NCBI RefSeq assembly: GCF_006345805.1
Contig: NC_043001.1
Coordinates: 49,166,001 to 49,230,000 of the forward strand
Direction: 5' to 3'
Origin: Octopus sinensis
Lineage: Eukaryota
DNA: 64,000 nucleotides
Part shown: positions 1 to 13,850 of the stretch, one piece after another
Position numbering within the stretch: position 1 is the first letter of the stretch
Layout of the letters: each line of letters begins with the position of its first letter
Program-made: the position numbers and the translations under genes
Notes under the pieces: model-generated
Seen by the model: the letters and a program-made list of their open reading frames with translations, nothing else
Databases searched by the model: none
Told to the model about the DNA's origin: nothing

Positions 1-732
1 ACAAATTTCTGATACATTAATTACTAACAATGTAATGCCCCATACATACACCCAAACACATTTTTTAGTACTTTGTTTATATCAATTACACTGATAACTA
101 TGTGCTTAATATCAGAAGTGGCAGGGTAGAACATAAATAAACTTTGTATGTTCACAAACTGAATTATTCAGAGATGCCATCTACAAGAAACAATAATTGT
201 TTAGTTAGTGTTAACACGTGTAATAAATGGTGCATTAAAATAAAAAACGAGAAATAGGTGGTGTAAAGTGCAAAGCAAAACAAAATGCTGTTACTGCTTT
301 GCTTTGAGTCTGAGCCTTCTGAAGGAATCGTGAGGTCATAAGATCATGACATGCAGAGGGTTTCGGATATTTTAAAGTATAACAGATCTCGCCCTTCTCC
401 AGATTTTATCACAGCTGGTTTCTTCTAGAAAAAAAGAAACAAACTGATAGAAAGAAAGAATAGAAAGAAGAACCAGCTCCAGTACTAAAGTTGACCGTGG
501 CAGGATTTGAACTCGTAGCACAGAAAGCCAGAACAAATACATACCATTCTAACCAACACTCTAACAACTCAATCAATTTGCCAACAAAAGACCATATTAA
601 TCAATGGTTAACTTTATTTTCAGTATTCTCTAAAGTATAGCAGATAATTCTGGATATGTTCTAGCTTTATTCTGATCTTATATGTATAATCTTATACATT
701 TATTTACTGTCTTTTTTTCATTACTACTTCAG

Positions 733-947
733 AAAGTTCTGTCCAGGCCTATGCTTCAGTGAAGAGGTAAGAATAAGGCTGAAACAAGTCCGTAGTTGTC
801 TCCCATACTTAGCAAAATAATTAGAACAACATTTTAAATAAAAAAAGTCACTTATTTCTTTTTTTTTTTTTCAGTTCACATTTATTCCTGGTTTGCTTTA
901 TGATATGCTATGCTTAGCCCTTTCTCTTTCACTTACCTTTTTTGCAG
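733..947 (+). CDS. Two candidate internal exons (733..766 and 875..947) of an unidentified upstream gene
   Basis: Strong polypyrimidine-AG acceptors and gtaaga/gtatgt donors. One open joined frame reads KFCPGLCFSEE-FTFIPGLLYDMLCLALSLSLTFFA, which I do not recognise. Confidence 0.35.
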
Positions 948-1215
948 GTATGTATAAAAAAATAGGATTTTAAAATTTACATTTGAAAATATTCCATATT
1001 ATATAATATGGACTGCTTAGTTTTTTTTTAAGACAGTCATACTTCGAAATTAGAAAACTCTGAAATGTAGTGAATTTTTGCATTCTCATAATGACTAGGA
1101 AATTATAGAAAAATATTGGAGGGTATATAATACTAACTGATTTTATATGTGATTTAGACATGCATAAAGTTATATCATCTGAGCTTTCCTCACTGGAAGA
1201 CATATATTCATTATA

Positions 1216-1431
1216 CAAGGGGGTGCTGAAAAGTTCCTGGTTTTAAGGATATTGCAAAAGGCCTGTTGGAGGCCTAACCTTCTGAGTTTTTTTACAGGGC
1301 TTTGAAAAACTGAAGGACTGCTGCAACATGTGTGTGAATCTGAGAAGGGAATATGTTAAATAAAATCATAATTAACTGATCCACCTGCGTTTTCTTTTAC
1401 TGAAAGCCAGAATCTTTTCAGCATCCCCTTG
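1216..1431. mobile_element. Mariner-type MITE (216 bp)
   Basis: TIRs caagggggtgctgaaaag and cttttcagcatccccttg, with TA on the left. Confidence 0.7.
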
Positions 1432-3551
1432 AATATTTGTAAGAATGTATATATTCTTTTATTCTAGTACTTGCTTCAGTCTGACTGATTGCGGCCATGC
1501 TGGAGCACCACCTTGAAATGTTTTAGTTGAATAAATTGACCCCAGGACTTTTTTAAAATTTAGTACTTATTCTATCAGTCTCTTTTGCTGAACTGCTAAG
1601 TTATGGGGATGTAAACACACCATCACTGGTTGTCAAGCAGAGATGGCGGGACAAACACATACACAGACACACACACAATATATATATATATATATATATA
1701 GATATAGATAGATAGATATATATACATACATACATACATATATATACGACAGGCTTCTTTCAGTTTCCGTCTACCAAATCCACTCACAAGGCATTGGTCA
1801 GCCCGGGGCTATAGCAGAAGAAACTTGCCCAAGATGCCACGCAGTGGGACTGAACCCGGAACCATGAAGTTGGTTAGCAAGCTACTTACCAACAATTGTT
1901 TATAATTGGGCTTCAGTGTGAAGTTTTCAGATTGCAAAATCATTTTGGTTGCTCTGATCTCTGATCTTTGATCTTGCTGCACTTATTCAGTGAGAGAGTG
2001 GGGGGGAAGAATAAGGGGGAGACAATGAGTGAGTGTATGTGTATGTAAAAAGGGAAGAATATGAGGTGTGTGTAGACAGCATATAAAAGTGAGTGTGCAC
2101 GTGTGTGTGCACGTGAGTGCATGTATGTGTGTGCAACAGTATGTGTATGTTTAAGCTTATTTATACAAAAACAAACAATGGAAACACCATTGTCATATGA
2201 TTGTCATATGATTGTATGCGTAAATACACACATAATTTTACAGAATCACCTACTTGTCCCTTTCTTTCTCTCTCTCTCTCTCCACACCCGCACAGACAAA
2301 CATATTTCATAACCCAATATATGTCTTCTGCTATAGCCTTGGGCTGACCAAAGCCTTGTGAGTGGATTTGGTTGACGGAAACTGAAAGAAGCCGGTTGTA
2401 TATATATATATATATGTATGTATGTGTGTGTGTGTTTGTGTTTGTCCCCCAACATCACTTGACAACCAATGCTGGTGTGTTTATGTCAACCGTAACTTAG
2501 CGGTTCAGCAAAAGAGACTGATAGAATAAGTACTAGGCTTACAAAGAATAAGTCCTGGGGTCGATTTGCTCGACTAAAGGCAGTGCTCCAGCATGGCTGC
2601 AGTCAAATGACTGAAACAAGTAAAAGAGTATAAACTGTACCAATATACAATAAAAATTATCTCAAAATGAAGCTGTATCACTTTATAATTCTTATCAATA
2701 AAAATAGGTGGGAGAAAAACTTAGCAGTCAAAACCTGAGATATTCCTATTTTTAAACTTGATTGCAGTAGAAAAAAAAAGTGTGTTACATAAGGAGTTTT
2801 AAGACATGTATATAGGCTTGTCTATTTACACACACCTACACACATACACAACATACTTAGTCTCCACCACTAATACACATACACATAATGAAATAATCAC
2901 ACACACACATACACATAATTTATTAGTCACAGACATACATACACATAATTGCATAGTTACACATATATAATTATATAGTCATACACATATATCCACACTA
3001 GCACTTGACTTCCATTATTCCCGTCAGCAAAACAGAGAATTAAAGTATTTAACCTTTGTCACAACATACAAAAGCAGAGATGATTAGGGATTAGTGATAG
3101 TAGTAGTGATGGTGGCCAGTAGTAGTAGTAGTAGTATCTAAACCCTATAATTACTTTCTAGTGATAGTTGTGGTGGTAATTATTGGAGCAGAGAGAAACA
3201 ACACAGACAGGTTTAGGAAACATCCAAGTGTCAATTAAATATTATTATAACATTGCAACAGTGATACTAAAACTGATAAATATTAGTCCACCACTACACA
3301 CAGATATTAGTCAATTTTTTTAACCTTTCCCTACTCTTTATTAAAAAGCAGACAGAATAAGTTTCTTATCTTTACTCTTTTATTCTTTTATGTGTTTAAG
3401 TCATTTGACTGTGGCTATGCTAGAGCACCGCCTTTATTCGAGCAAATTGACCCCAGGACTTATTCTTTGTAAGCCTAGTACTTTATCGGTCTCTTTTGCT
3501 GAACTGCTAAGTTACGGGGACATAAACACAGCTACACAAACATATGCAGAC

Positions 3552-3608
<57 letters not shown>

Positions 3609-4798
3609 CATATAAACATATATACAACGGGCTTCTTTCAATTTCCGTCTACCAAATCCACTCACAAGGCTTTGGTCGGCCCGAGGCTATAGTAGAAGAC
3701 ACTTGCCCAAGGTGCCATGCAGTCGGACTGAACCCGGAACCATGTGGTTTGTAAGCAGGCTACTTACCACACAGCCACTCCTACCTTTCTTTGTCACAGT
3801 GTTGGACAAGTTTAAAGCTATCTCAATGTTGGTTTCAAATTTTGGCACACGGCAAAATTAAAAAATTCTGTCTGAACCATGCAAGCATACAAAAAGTGGA
3901 CATTAAATAATAATAATGATGATGATGGTGATGGTAATGATGGCAACGATGATGATGATTATGGTGAAGTTATAGGACCCTGGTTCAAAAGTTCAAGGGT
4001 TTGGAACAGTGTAGAACCACCTTATTTTTCCTAGCCTCTGTTGTCCCAGACAGATATAACCAACCAAATTCTAATACTTAAACTCTTAACAATATAGCCA
4101 TATCTTAATTTCCTTAGTAAACTCGCACCTCCAAGTATTCTGGATCACCTACGTCATAAACAATCGCAATTTTCAAGAGGTTTGCCCTCCTAATATCAGA
4201 TTTTTAAAGTCTTAACAAAAATATAATAAAAATTGAAACCATTGAATAAGTGTTAATTCTTGGAAGTAGTGGGAAAGAAGTGGTTCAGACAAGAACAAGT
4301 GAGGAACAGAAGTAGAGTGTGATTGGCCAGAACTAATGTAAACATCAAGGAAACTTTGGACATGAACTTTCATTAATTTAATTGCTCTAAAAATGGTTCA
4401 CAGTAGATGACCTTGACCGAATTATTATTTATCTTTACAATAGTAGATTGTAATGTTAATCAAAACAAACACAGATTAAAAATATCTGCAAACAGAGAGC
4501 ATGAAATATACATTAATCAGTGGAGAAGGTCACTATATATGCATAAGTATGTTTCTGCATGAGTCTGTGTATACATACGCACACACACTATCACACACAT
4601 ATATGTACATGTTACACTCTCGGAGTAGTTGGCATTAGGAAGGGCATCCAGCTGTAGAAAACCATGCCAAAGCAGACTGGAGTCTGGTGCAGCCTTCCAG
4701 CATGGCAGCCCGGTCAAACTGTCCAACCCATGCCAGCATGGATAATAGGCATTAAATGATGATGATGATGATATATATATATATATAAATACACATAT

Positions 4799-5150
4799 AC
4801 AGGGTGTCCCAAAAGTCACTGATGGGATTCAGTTTTTAACAGCTTCCTTAACTTTACAAATTAATGCATGAAATTTTGATACAATGTAAAGGACATTATG
4901 GAAATTAATATACACAAGTCAAATTTTGCAATGCCACTACATCACATATGAAAAATGGCAGCCATTTTGGCTTCACGTGCCCATGCTCTTTCTAAAACTT
5001 GCACCATAACACCCTCAAGAGTTTCAGACACCACTTCTCTGATTTCTTTATTGATATTCTCCTTCAGTTGCACCAGAGCTTCCGGTTTGTTGACGTAAAC
5101 CCTCTCTTTCAGCTATCCACGATTGAGACCTTTTTACATCTCTAGTTTGC
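4799..5150. mobile_element. Tc1-like terminal fragment
   Basis: TA followed by cagggtgtcccaaaagt; minus-strand KERVYVNKPEALVQLKENI. Confidence 0.55.
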
Positions 5151-5555
5151 TGTAAATTTGAACTGTGTGTGTGTGTGTTTGTCTCCAAACCACTGGTTGA
5201 CAACTGGAGTTGGTGTATTTACGTCCCTGTAACTTAGCAGTTCCGCAAGAGAGATCAATAGAATAAGTACTAGGCTTAAAAAAAACTGTACTGGAGTTGA
5301 TTAATTTGACTAAAAACCTTCAAGGCAGTGCCCCAGCATGGCCGCAGTCTAATAATTGAAACAAGTAAAAGAAAAGATTAAAGATTAAAGGCATAGGAAC
5401 GGCTGTACAGTAAGTATCTTGCTTACCAACCACATGGTTCTGGGTTCAGTCCCACTGTGTGGCACCTTGGGCAAGTGTCTTCTACTATAGCCATGGGCCA
5501 ACTAAAGCCTTGTTAGTGGATTTGGTAGACGGAAACTGAAAGAAGCCAGTCGTAT

Positions 5556-5588
<33 letters not shown>

Positions 5589-6268
5589 AATATATATATA
5601 TTTTTTTATTTACATGTATGTATGTGTGTGTTTATCCCCCCAACATCGCTTGACAACCGATGCTGGTGTATTTACGTCCACATAACTTAGCAGTTTGGCA
5701 AAAGACACTGACAGAATAAGTACTAGGCTTACAAAGAATAAATCCTGGGGTCGATTTGATCGACTAAAGGCAGTGCTCCACCATGGCCACAGTCAAATGA
5801 CTAAAACAAACAAAATAAAATATGCAAACACACATTTAAATACAATAAGTATTTAAATTCTGAAAAAAAAAAAACCAACAAAAAACAAGGCAAATAACTC
5901 CAGTGAGATTTAGTGGAATTTTTGGAAAATATACAGAAAATGCAAGATGAAACTGGATCTGGTCTGTAAACCAACAGACATTTCTAAGTCTGATTAGTTT
6001 CTTAGAAAAGCACCTAATCTGCTGGCAAGATTAAGCATGATCTATCTAGCTATCTACCTTTCCAAGTGTAAATATGTATGTGTATCTACATGACACATTA
6101 AGAAGTGTCTTCTATTATTGCTCTCTGCTGACCAAAGCCTTGTGAGTGAATTTGATAGATAGAAATTTAAAGAAGCTTGTTATATATATATATATATATA
6201 TATCACGTGATATATATATATATATATAATATCACGTGATATATATATATATACATATATATATATCA

Positions 6269-6668
6269 GGAGTGGCTGTGTGGTAAGTAGCTTGCTTACA
6301 AACCACATGGTTCCGGGTTCAGTCCCACTGCGTGGCACCTTGGGTAAGTGTCTTCTACTATAGCCTCGGGCCGACCAAAGCCTTGTGAGTGGATTTGGTA
6401 GACGGAAACTGAAAGAAGCCCGTCGTATATATGTATATATATATATATATGTGTATGTGCGTGTTTGTGTGTTTGTCCCCCCCCCCCCCCAACATCGCTT
6501 GACAACCGATGCTGGTGTGTATACGTCCCTGTAACTTAGCGGTTCAGCAAAAAGAGACCGATAAAATAAGTACTAGGCTTACAAAGAATAAGTCCTGGGG
6601 TCGATTTGCTCGACTAAAGGCGGTGCTCCAGCATGGCTACAGTCACATGACTGAAACAAGTAAAAGAG
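6269..6668 (+). mobile_element. tRNA-derived CORE-like SINE family A (representative of about 20 copies)
   Basis: A-box TGGCTGTGTGG, B-box GGTTCAGTCCC, CORE-like ACCTTGGGCAAGT and a central (TA/TG)n. Other copies at about 1470-1890(-), 3375-3783(-), 5385-5820(+), 14290-14720(+), 16832-17225(-), 18503-18893(+), 24722-25150(+), 28256-28746(+), 50772-51135(+) and 62952-63350(-). Confidence 0.88.
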
Positions 6669-8347
6669 TATATACACACACACACACACATATACATACA
6701 TACATACATATGAGTGGACAAATGAAAGGGCACTCAATACATTTATTGGGAGTTACATTTATGGATCAAAACAGTCTGATTCAAATTTCCAAAGGCTGAG
6801 GATACGCACCACACTTTGAAATTTTAGGTACCAAGAAATTTGAATCAAACTGCTTTGATCCACATATATACACATATATATAAGTGTATGTGTCTTTGTG
6901 TTTGTCCCTCACCACCATTTGACTAGAACATCTGTTCCATTTGTTTTCTTGGAGAATAGGGCTACTCAACAACAACAAAAAAAACACCACCAGAAAACCC
7001 CTTCAAAATACCATCATCACAATAATTATTATTATTATTATTATCATTATGGTCGGGTTGCAACCCAGGCTTTGGCAACAAAGTCCTCTTGCTACACTCC
7101 TTGGTCCAACATCACTTTTCGAGGTCCTAGATACATTCCAGGCCAGTATCACAAAAAATCTTCTATAAGGTTGACCAGAAGAAACAAATAAAGTACCACT
7201 GACCACTGTTTGTAAATATCATCTTTCTGAGAGTCAAGAGACCTATCCACTGACATTGCCAAGAATAACAAGTACATTGTTAAGGAAGTTACGGGTACAC
7301 ATGCATAACTGTGTTAGTAATGCTAATCATTCACTATAACATCTTTGTGATGTACTTTTAATACTTTACACTACCATAAATAGTGTTGCTTACATCAATA
7401 TTGCTTACATCCCTGTAACCTAGTAGTTTGATGAAAAGAAACGGATATAATAAGTATCAAGCCTAGAAAGAGCGAAAAATAAGTACAATAGTTGATTTGC
7501 TTGACTAAATCCTTCAAGGTGGTGCTCCCCACATTTATAGTTTCATGGTGGCAGGGGTGGGGGGAGGGCTTCATTTTTTTCCCTGTTCTTTTTCTATCTT
7601 GAAGTTACTTGGATGGTAACCTTACCAGTTCCAGTAGTACAATAAGAGCATCCAGTACTCTGCGTAAAGTGGTTGGTGTTAAGAAGGACATCCAGCCATA
7701 GAAACCATGCCAAAGCTGACACTGGTGTGTAATGTAGCCCTGTGACTCGAAGGATCTTGTCAAACTGTCCAACCCATACAAGCATGAAAAACGAATATTA
7801 ATAATGATGATTGTGATGATGATGATGATGATGAGGGATGATGAGGGTACATTTAAATGAATGAATCCTAATGTGTGATTTAGGAATCAACTTCAATGTA
7901 TGACTGCATGAAGAAGTTTATGTGAGGGCTGCTGCAGTCAATCATCACAGAAGGGGAGTCAAAGCTAAAGAAGGAGCTGACTGCATCAAGATTTGAACTC
8001 AGCACATAAAGGCAGAAGCTAAACACAGTAAGGCACAAGTTATTTCTGTCTTTCCACAATGTAAGAGTTCTACAGTGATAGCTTTTACTGAGGTTCTCTC
8101 TGTGGATACAGGCCACGGGGTAGGTGGGATTGGTGGTGTTGATGGTTGTAATAGTGGTAGTAGTAGTAGTAACAGCAACCATATTTGATTAGCTGCTGCT
8201 AGTCACTGACATGTGAGTGAGATTAGTTGTCAGATGATATCAATTTCCTGGGGGTGATGGGGCAAGGCAGGGCAATAACTTATATAACACTAACAGTTGC
8301 ATACATATACATACATACATTTATATATATATATATATATATATATA

Positions 8348-8892
8348 TGCTGTGTGTGAGAAGACCCGGCAGGACAAGTGAGACCATAATCCATGGCCTC
8401 AGTCCACTTATGTATACCTTTCCTTCTTGGGACACAAAACTCTACTTGTGAAGACCTGTTGAGGCAAGTGAAAATCAAACCAAAATCGATCAACATCAAT
8501 GGAAATTGTAGCTGTGATACCAGTGCTGGTGGCACATAAGAGAATCATCTGAACGTGGCCGTTGCCAGCGCCACCCCGACTGGCTTCCGTGCCGGTGGCA
8601 TGTAAAAAGCACCATCTGATTGTGGCCATTGCCAGCCTCGTCTGGCCGCCGTGCCAGTGGCACGTAGAAAACACCATCCGATTGTGGCCGTTTGCTAGCC
8701 TCGTCTGGCACCTGTGCCGGTGGCACGTAAAAAGCACCCACTACATTCATGGAGTGGTTGGCATTAGGAAGGGCATCCAGCCGTAGAAACAGACTGGGCC
8801 TGGTGCAGCCTCCTGGCTTCCCAGACTCCAGTTGCACCGTCCAACCCATGCCAGCATGGAAAGCGGACACTAAACGATGATGATGATGATGA
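8348..8892 (+). mobile_element. RTE LINE 3' fragment (same family as 22025-23290)
   Basis: Begins with the ORF end AVCEKTRQDK*, followed by the same 3' UTR and (GAT)n tail. Confidence 0.85.
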
Positions 8893-9525
8893 TATATATA
8901 TATCATCATCATCATCCTTTAACACTAATTGTCCATGCTGGTATGGGTTGGAAAGTTTGACCAGGGCTGGCAAACTGGAAGGCTGTACCAGACTCCTATC
9001 TGATTTGGCATGGTTTCTATGGCTGGATGCCCTTCTTAACACTAACCACTACAAAAGTGTAATGGGTGCATTTACATGCCACTTGAATGGGTTCCACTTG
9101 TGTGACACCAGTATCTGCCACGACTGTGATTTTACTTGGCTTGATGGGTCTTCTTCTCAAGCACGACATAATGTCAAAGGTCTTGGTCATTCGTCATTGC
9201 CCCCGTGTGGCTCAACACTTGAAAGTAGCTTATATATATATAACGATAAATGTGGCCCTTTTCAAGCCTAGCCAGGCTCATGGGCCCGGTTTCCTGGTTT
9301 CTGTGGCGTATGTGTTCACCCCCAGCTGGACGGGATGCCAGTCCATCGGAGCGTTACTCAAGAAATAGGAAGAGAGAGTGAGAGAAAGTTGGAGTGAGAG
9401 AGTACAACCGGGGTCTCCACCACCCCCTGCTGGAGCCTCGTGGAGCTTTTAGGTGTTTTCGCTCAATAAACACACACAACGCCCGGTCTGGGAATCGAAA
9501 CTGTGATCCTCCGACCGTTATCCTC

Positions 9526-9529
9526 CGCA

Positions 9530-9570
<41 letters not shown>

Positions 9571-9950
9571 CACATATATATTCATATATATATATACATA
9601 CATACATATACATACATACATATACATACATACATATACATACATACATATATATACATACATATACATACATACATATACATACATACATATATATACA
9701 TACATACATATATATACATACATATACATACATACATATATATACATACATACATATATATATACATATATATATATATACATATATATATATACATATA
9801 TATATATATACATATATATATACATATATATATACATATACATATATATATATACATATATATATACATATACATATATATATATATATACATATATATA
9901 CACATATATATATACATACTACACACACACATAGAGATACACACACAAAC
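9526..9950. repeat. Long (TA)/(TACA) compound microsatellite
   Basis: Direct reading; it is the source of the spurious YIHI-type ORFs. Confidence 0.95.
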
Positions 9951-10664
9951 ACTCACAAATAGGATAAATAAAATACGCTAAGGTCTCACAAACATAATGT
10001 AGTGAATGAATTGAAAAAAAAAATTGATTAACTAAGATGATTCATGTAATTAATGGATAAAAGCTCCCTCTAAAGAAGTTTAAAACCTAAAAACAACATA
10101 ATCTTCCCCATCATAGTCTGTCATTTGATATTGGCAACAATTTCACAGTTTCCTGTCACAATATTTTATATAAGGGCAGCGTTATGATATTAGTAGGCTA
10201 TAAATCCCTCTAAAAGTGCTTAAAATCTGAAAGAAAAAAAAAGGGGAAAAAGCAAGGGAGATTATTTTAATAAGATCAATTAGCTAAAAGTTTTAGAAGG
10301 TACACCAAATGTACCATAATAGTGGAATTAGTCTAATATTTGTATTTAGTATGCAGAAGAAATACCTACAGTTATTTTTCCCTTGCCCATCCTGTTGCAT
10401 CAATAACTGGTATTGCTATATTCCCTCTCTTTGTAAATGCAAGCACACATGCACGCATGCATGGATGTGCACACACACACACACACACAACAGGCTTCTT
10501 TAAGTTTCTGTCAACCAAATCCACTCACAAGGCTTTGCTTGGCATGGGGTGGAAGACACTTGCCCAAAGTGCCCCACAAGGGGACTGAACCCGAAACCAT
10601 GTGGTTGGGAAACAAACTTCTAACCACACAACCACACATGTATGTCTATAAACTATTTTATATC

Positions 10665-11130
10665 ATCATCATCATCGTTTAGCGTCCGCTTTCCATACTG
10701 GCATGGGTTGAACGGTGCAACTGGGGTCTGGGAAGCCAGAAGGCTGCACCAGGCCCAGTCTGATCTGGCAATGTTTCTATGGCTGGATGCCCTTCCTAAT
10801 ACCAACCACTCCATGAGTGTAGTGGGTGCTTTTTACGTGCCACCGGCATAGGTGCCAGACGAGGCTGGCAAACAACCACGAGCGGATAGTGCTTTTTTAC
10901 GTGCCACTGGCATGGAAGCCAGTCAGGGCGGCGCTGGCAACGACCACGTTCAGATGGTTCTCTTATGTGCCACCGGCACTGGTATCACAGCTACAATTTC
11001 TATTGATGTTGATCGATTTTGATTTTTGATTTTGATTTTGATTTTCACTTGCCTCAACAGGTCTTCACAAATAGAGTTTTGTGTCCCAAGAAGGAAAGGT
11101 ATGCATAAGTGGACCGAGGCCATGGGTTAT
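10665..11130 (-). mobile_element. RTE 3' UTR fragment
   Basis: Colinear with 22025-22620. Confidence 0.8.
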
Positions 11131-12237
11131 GGTCTCGGGTTATATATTTATATATTTACATATATATCTTTTATTTGTACTTGCTTCAGTCATTTGATCG
11201 TGGCCATGCTGAGGCACTGCCTTGAAGAATTTTTAACCAAATGAATTGACTTCAGTAATTCTTTTTTCAAACCTGGTGCATATTCTATTGGGCTTTTTGC
11301 CAAACTGTTACAAGGATGTAAACAAACCAATACCGATAGCCAAGCGATGACGGGGGAACAAACACAGACACAATGACACTCACACATAGATATTGGAAGA
11401 TTTTCTGTATGTTCCAAAAATTCAATCAGATCGCATTAGATTTACCTCCCTTCCTTTCTTTTTTTAAAAATATAAACGTCTCTAGTGGAGGGTCTTACCT
11501 ACAAAATGTATGGCTAATCTCAGTTAATTGAAATTCTCGGACTGTGGTCAAGCTGAGCAGAGGCCGCGTTATATAACTTCATGTTGTTTAGCTTTGGGGT
11601 GGACGTCAACAGTAGGTGGCCCACATAAGTTGGAATTTCTCCGTTTTGACGGGGATTTTTCAGAATTCTTTTCTTCGGGGTGTTCTTGGAAATAAATGAT
11701 CTGGAACATCTTCTTAACAAAAAGAAAAAAATTTTTCGGAACGGAAAATATTTTCCTTCCTTCCCATCGTCCTCCCTCACGACCTATTTTGGTGGCACTA
11801 TGCACTTAAGACTATATGAGAGGCCTTTTTGGGGTGGGATTGGAGCGGGGGATTATATTTTCATCCGAAAAGGTTTGTGATTAAAGGGAGATTTGGCTGT
11901 TGTTTCTAGCATATCCAATGACCAGTAAGGTTCAGAGTTGAGAAAAATCAATTTTCAAAAAAATATTTGCTAGTAGTATAAATGAATTTATGCTATTAAT
12001 CGAAAAACGGCGGACGTCAGCGATAGGTGGACCAGGGGAGGGGTGTTTTAAAAAAATTTTCGAAATTTTTTTTTTGTTAAAAAGGTGTTCCAGATTATTT
12101 CCAAGAGTACCGTGAGACAAAAAAATATGAAAAATCTCAGTCAAAACAGAGAAATTCCAACTTATGTGGACCACTTATCGCTGACGTTCGCCGGGAATTC
12201 TTACGATGGACGGCATTTCAACAGTGGATATTCTGCC

Positions 12238-12279
<42 letters not shown>

Positions 12280-12841
12280 TTCTAGGTTCAGGGTACCTAG
12301 GATTACTTTTTTTTTTTATTTTGCAATACGGTAGGGCAAAATCTAGTAATTTGGCTGCCATTTCTAGCAAGTCGAACGATAACATAGAAACTTCTAAGAT
12401 CCGAAAAACCACTGAGATATTAAAAGACTAAAAGACCACGGCATAGTCCCAGATTCATTGCATTACGTAAATGAGAGATAATTCTCACACACACCAAGAA
12501 TACAAGCGCCAGAATCTATCTGAAGTAACATTATCACATGATTTGGTGCCAATCCCTTCAAACTAAGACTGCGACACGATGTTTGGATCCAGACAAAAGA
12601 GGTTATTTCATTTATACATCGCAACAGTTACGGAGAAGACAGAGGAATTGGGGAGGGAAAGCTTGCTTAGCATGCATAAGAGACAGAAAACTGTTCAAGA
12701 TGTGTGAAAAGTAGTGTCGTATTTAGGTTTTGTACACAGTATGTTTACAGATTGAATGTTTACGTATATATATATCTATCCCAACAGATGATATTTAGAG
12801 AATGTAAATGTAGTAATGGGTTCAACACCTTAGCTGGTGCA

Positions 12842-12880
<39 letters not shown>

Positions 12881-13021
12881 CATACACCTTGGCCGATGCT
12901 GTGTCAGTGGAATTTGAACTCCGAACGAAATGCCGCTATGCATTTTGCTCGGCGTGCTAACAGTTTTGCCAGCTCGCCACCTTAGAATTTTACATGTATC
13001 GGGCTAAATCAAACTATTTTA

Positions 13022-13064
<43 letters not shown>

Positions 13065-13499
13065 TCACATCGCGTCCGTGCGGCACGGCCGGCTATGCGA
13101 TGCTAATATATGTATTGTTTGTAGAAAACATAAATCCGAAAGTAGAAGCACCCTTAGGGGCAGTAAATATTAAAAATAGGGAAGGCCGGTTTATGGGATT
13201 ACATTAGGTTTCCCTTGCCCCCTCCATATTTTTAAGATCTCGTGGACCAACAGGTTTTTGGGGGTCTGACGATACGCCATAAAGCTAAAACCTTTGGTAT
13301 ATATATATACAGAGAGAGAGAGAGAAAGAGAGAGTGGTAGGACAGAAAGCGAGAAACAGAGGGGATGATGTAGAAAGTAGAATGATAAAATGAAAGCGAA
13401 AGCTATTTAAAAGGGGATATTTTAGATGAATAGAAAGATTATGTGAGAAGTATATGCAAAAATATAATGTAATATGCAGAACGTAAAGCGATCAGTGCC

Positions 13500-13850
13500 A
13501 ACAGATAGTAAGTAGCAACGATTCCGTTGGGTGTACATATACAAGAATGAACGAACAAAATAATCGTGTAACATTTCATCTTATAGGTAAAGAAAAATTT
13601 AGAGACAAATAAAACAGCAAAATAGAAAAGTAAAATATAAGTTGAATTTATAAAAACAAATAGAATAAAACGGACATATTACCTGATTTGAGCTAAAACA
13701 GCATCAACCATAGCCAGTGCCATGGCTGGGAATGTATTAAAAGTACATCACAAACATGTTATGAATCATTAGCATAAATAACACACGCACGCACGCATGT
13801 GCATCCACAACTTCCTTAGCAACGTACTAGTTATTGTTGGCAACGTCAAT
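13500..13850. promoter_or_regulatory. Candidate promoter/5' UTR region of DNAI2 with RFX X-box-like sites
   Basis: TAGCAAC at 13513, CTTCCTTAGCAAC at 13811-13823 and GTTATTGTTGGCAAC at 13830-13844. Plus-strand donors gtaagt at 13508 and gtaaag at 13587, and relatively CpG-rich surroundings. Confidence 0.3.

Noticed and set aside
4128-4220. Possible minus-strand exon DIRRANLLKIAIVYDVGDPEYLE with a gtgcga donor
   Set aside because: There is an in-frame stop between the only nearby acceptor and this peptide.
6180-6250. Repeated palindromic ATATCACGTGATAT (E-box)
   Set aside because: It is a slippage duplication within a (TA)n tract.
9394-9981. Long ORFs rich in YI/HT/VC here and throughout the window
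   Set aside because: They are translations of TA/CA microsatellites and are open in several frames at once.
10180-10226. Strong minus-strand acceptors at 10227, 5860 and 425
   Set aside because: All frames stop within a short distance and none is phase-compatible with the 13683 mini-exon. They could only be terminal exons, which is unsupported.
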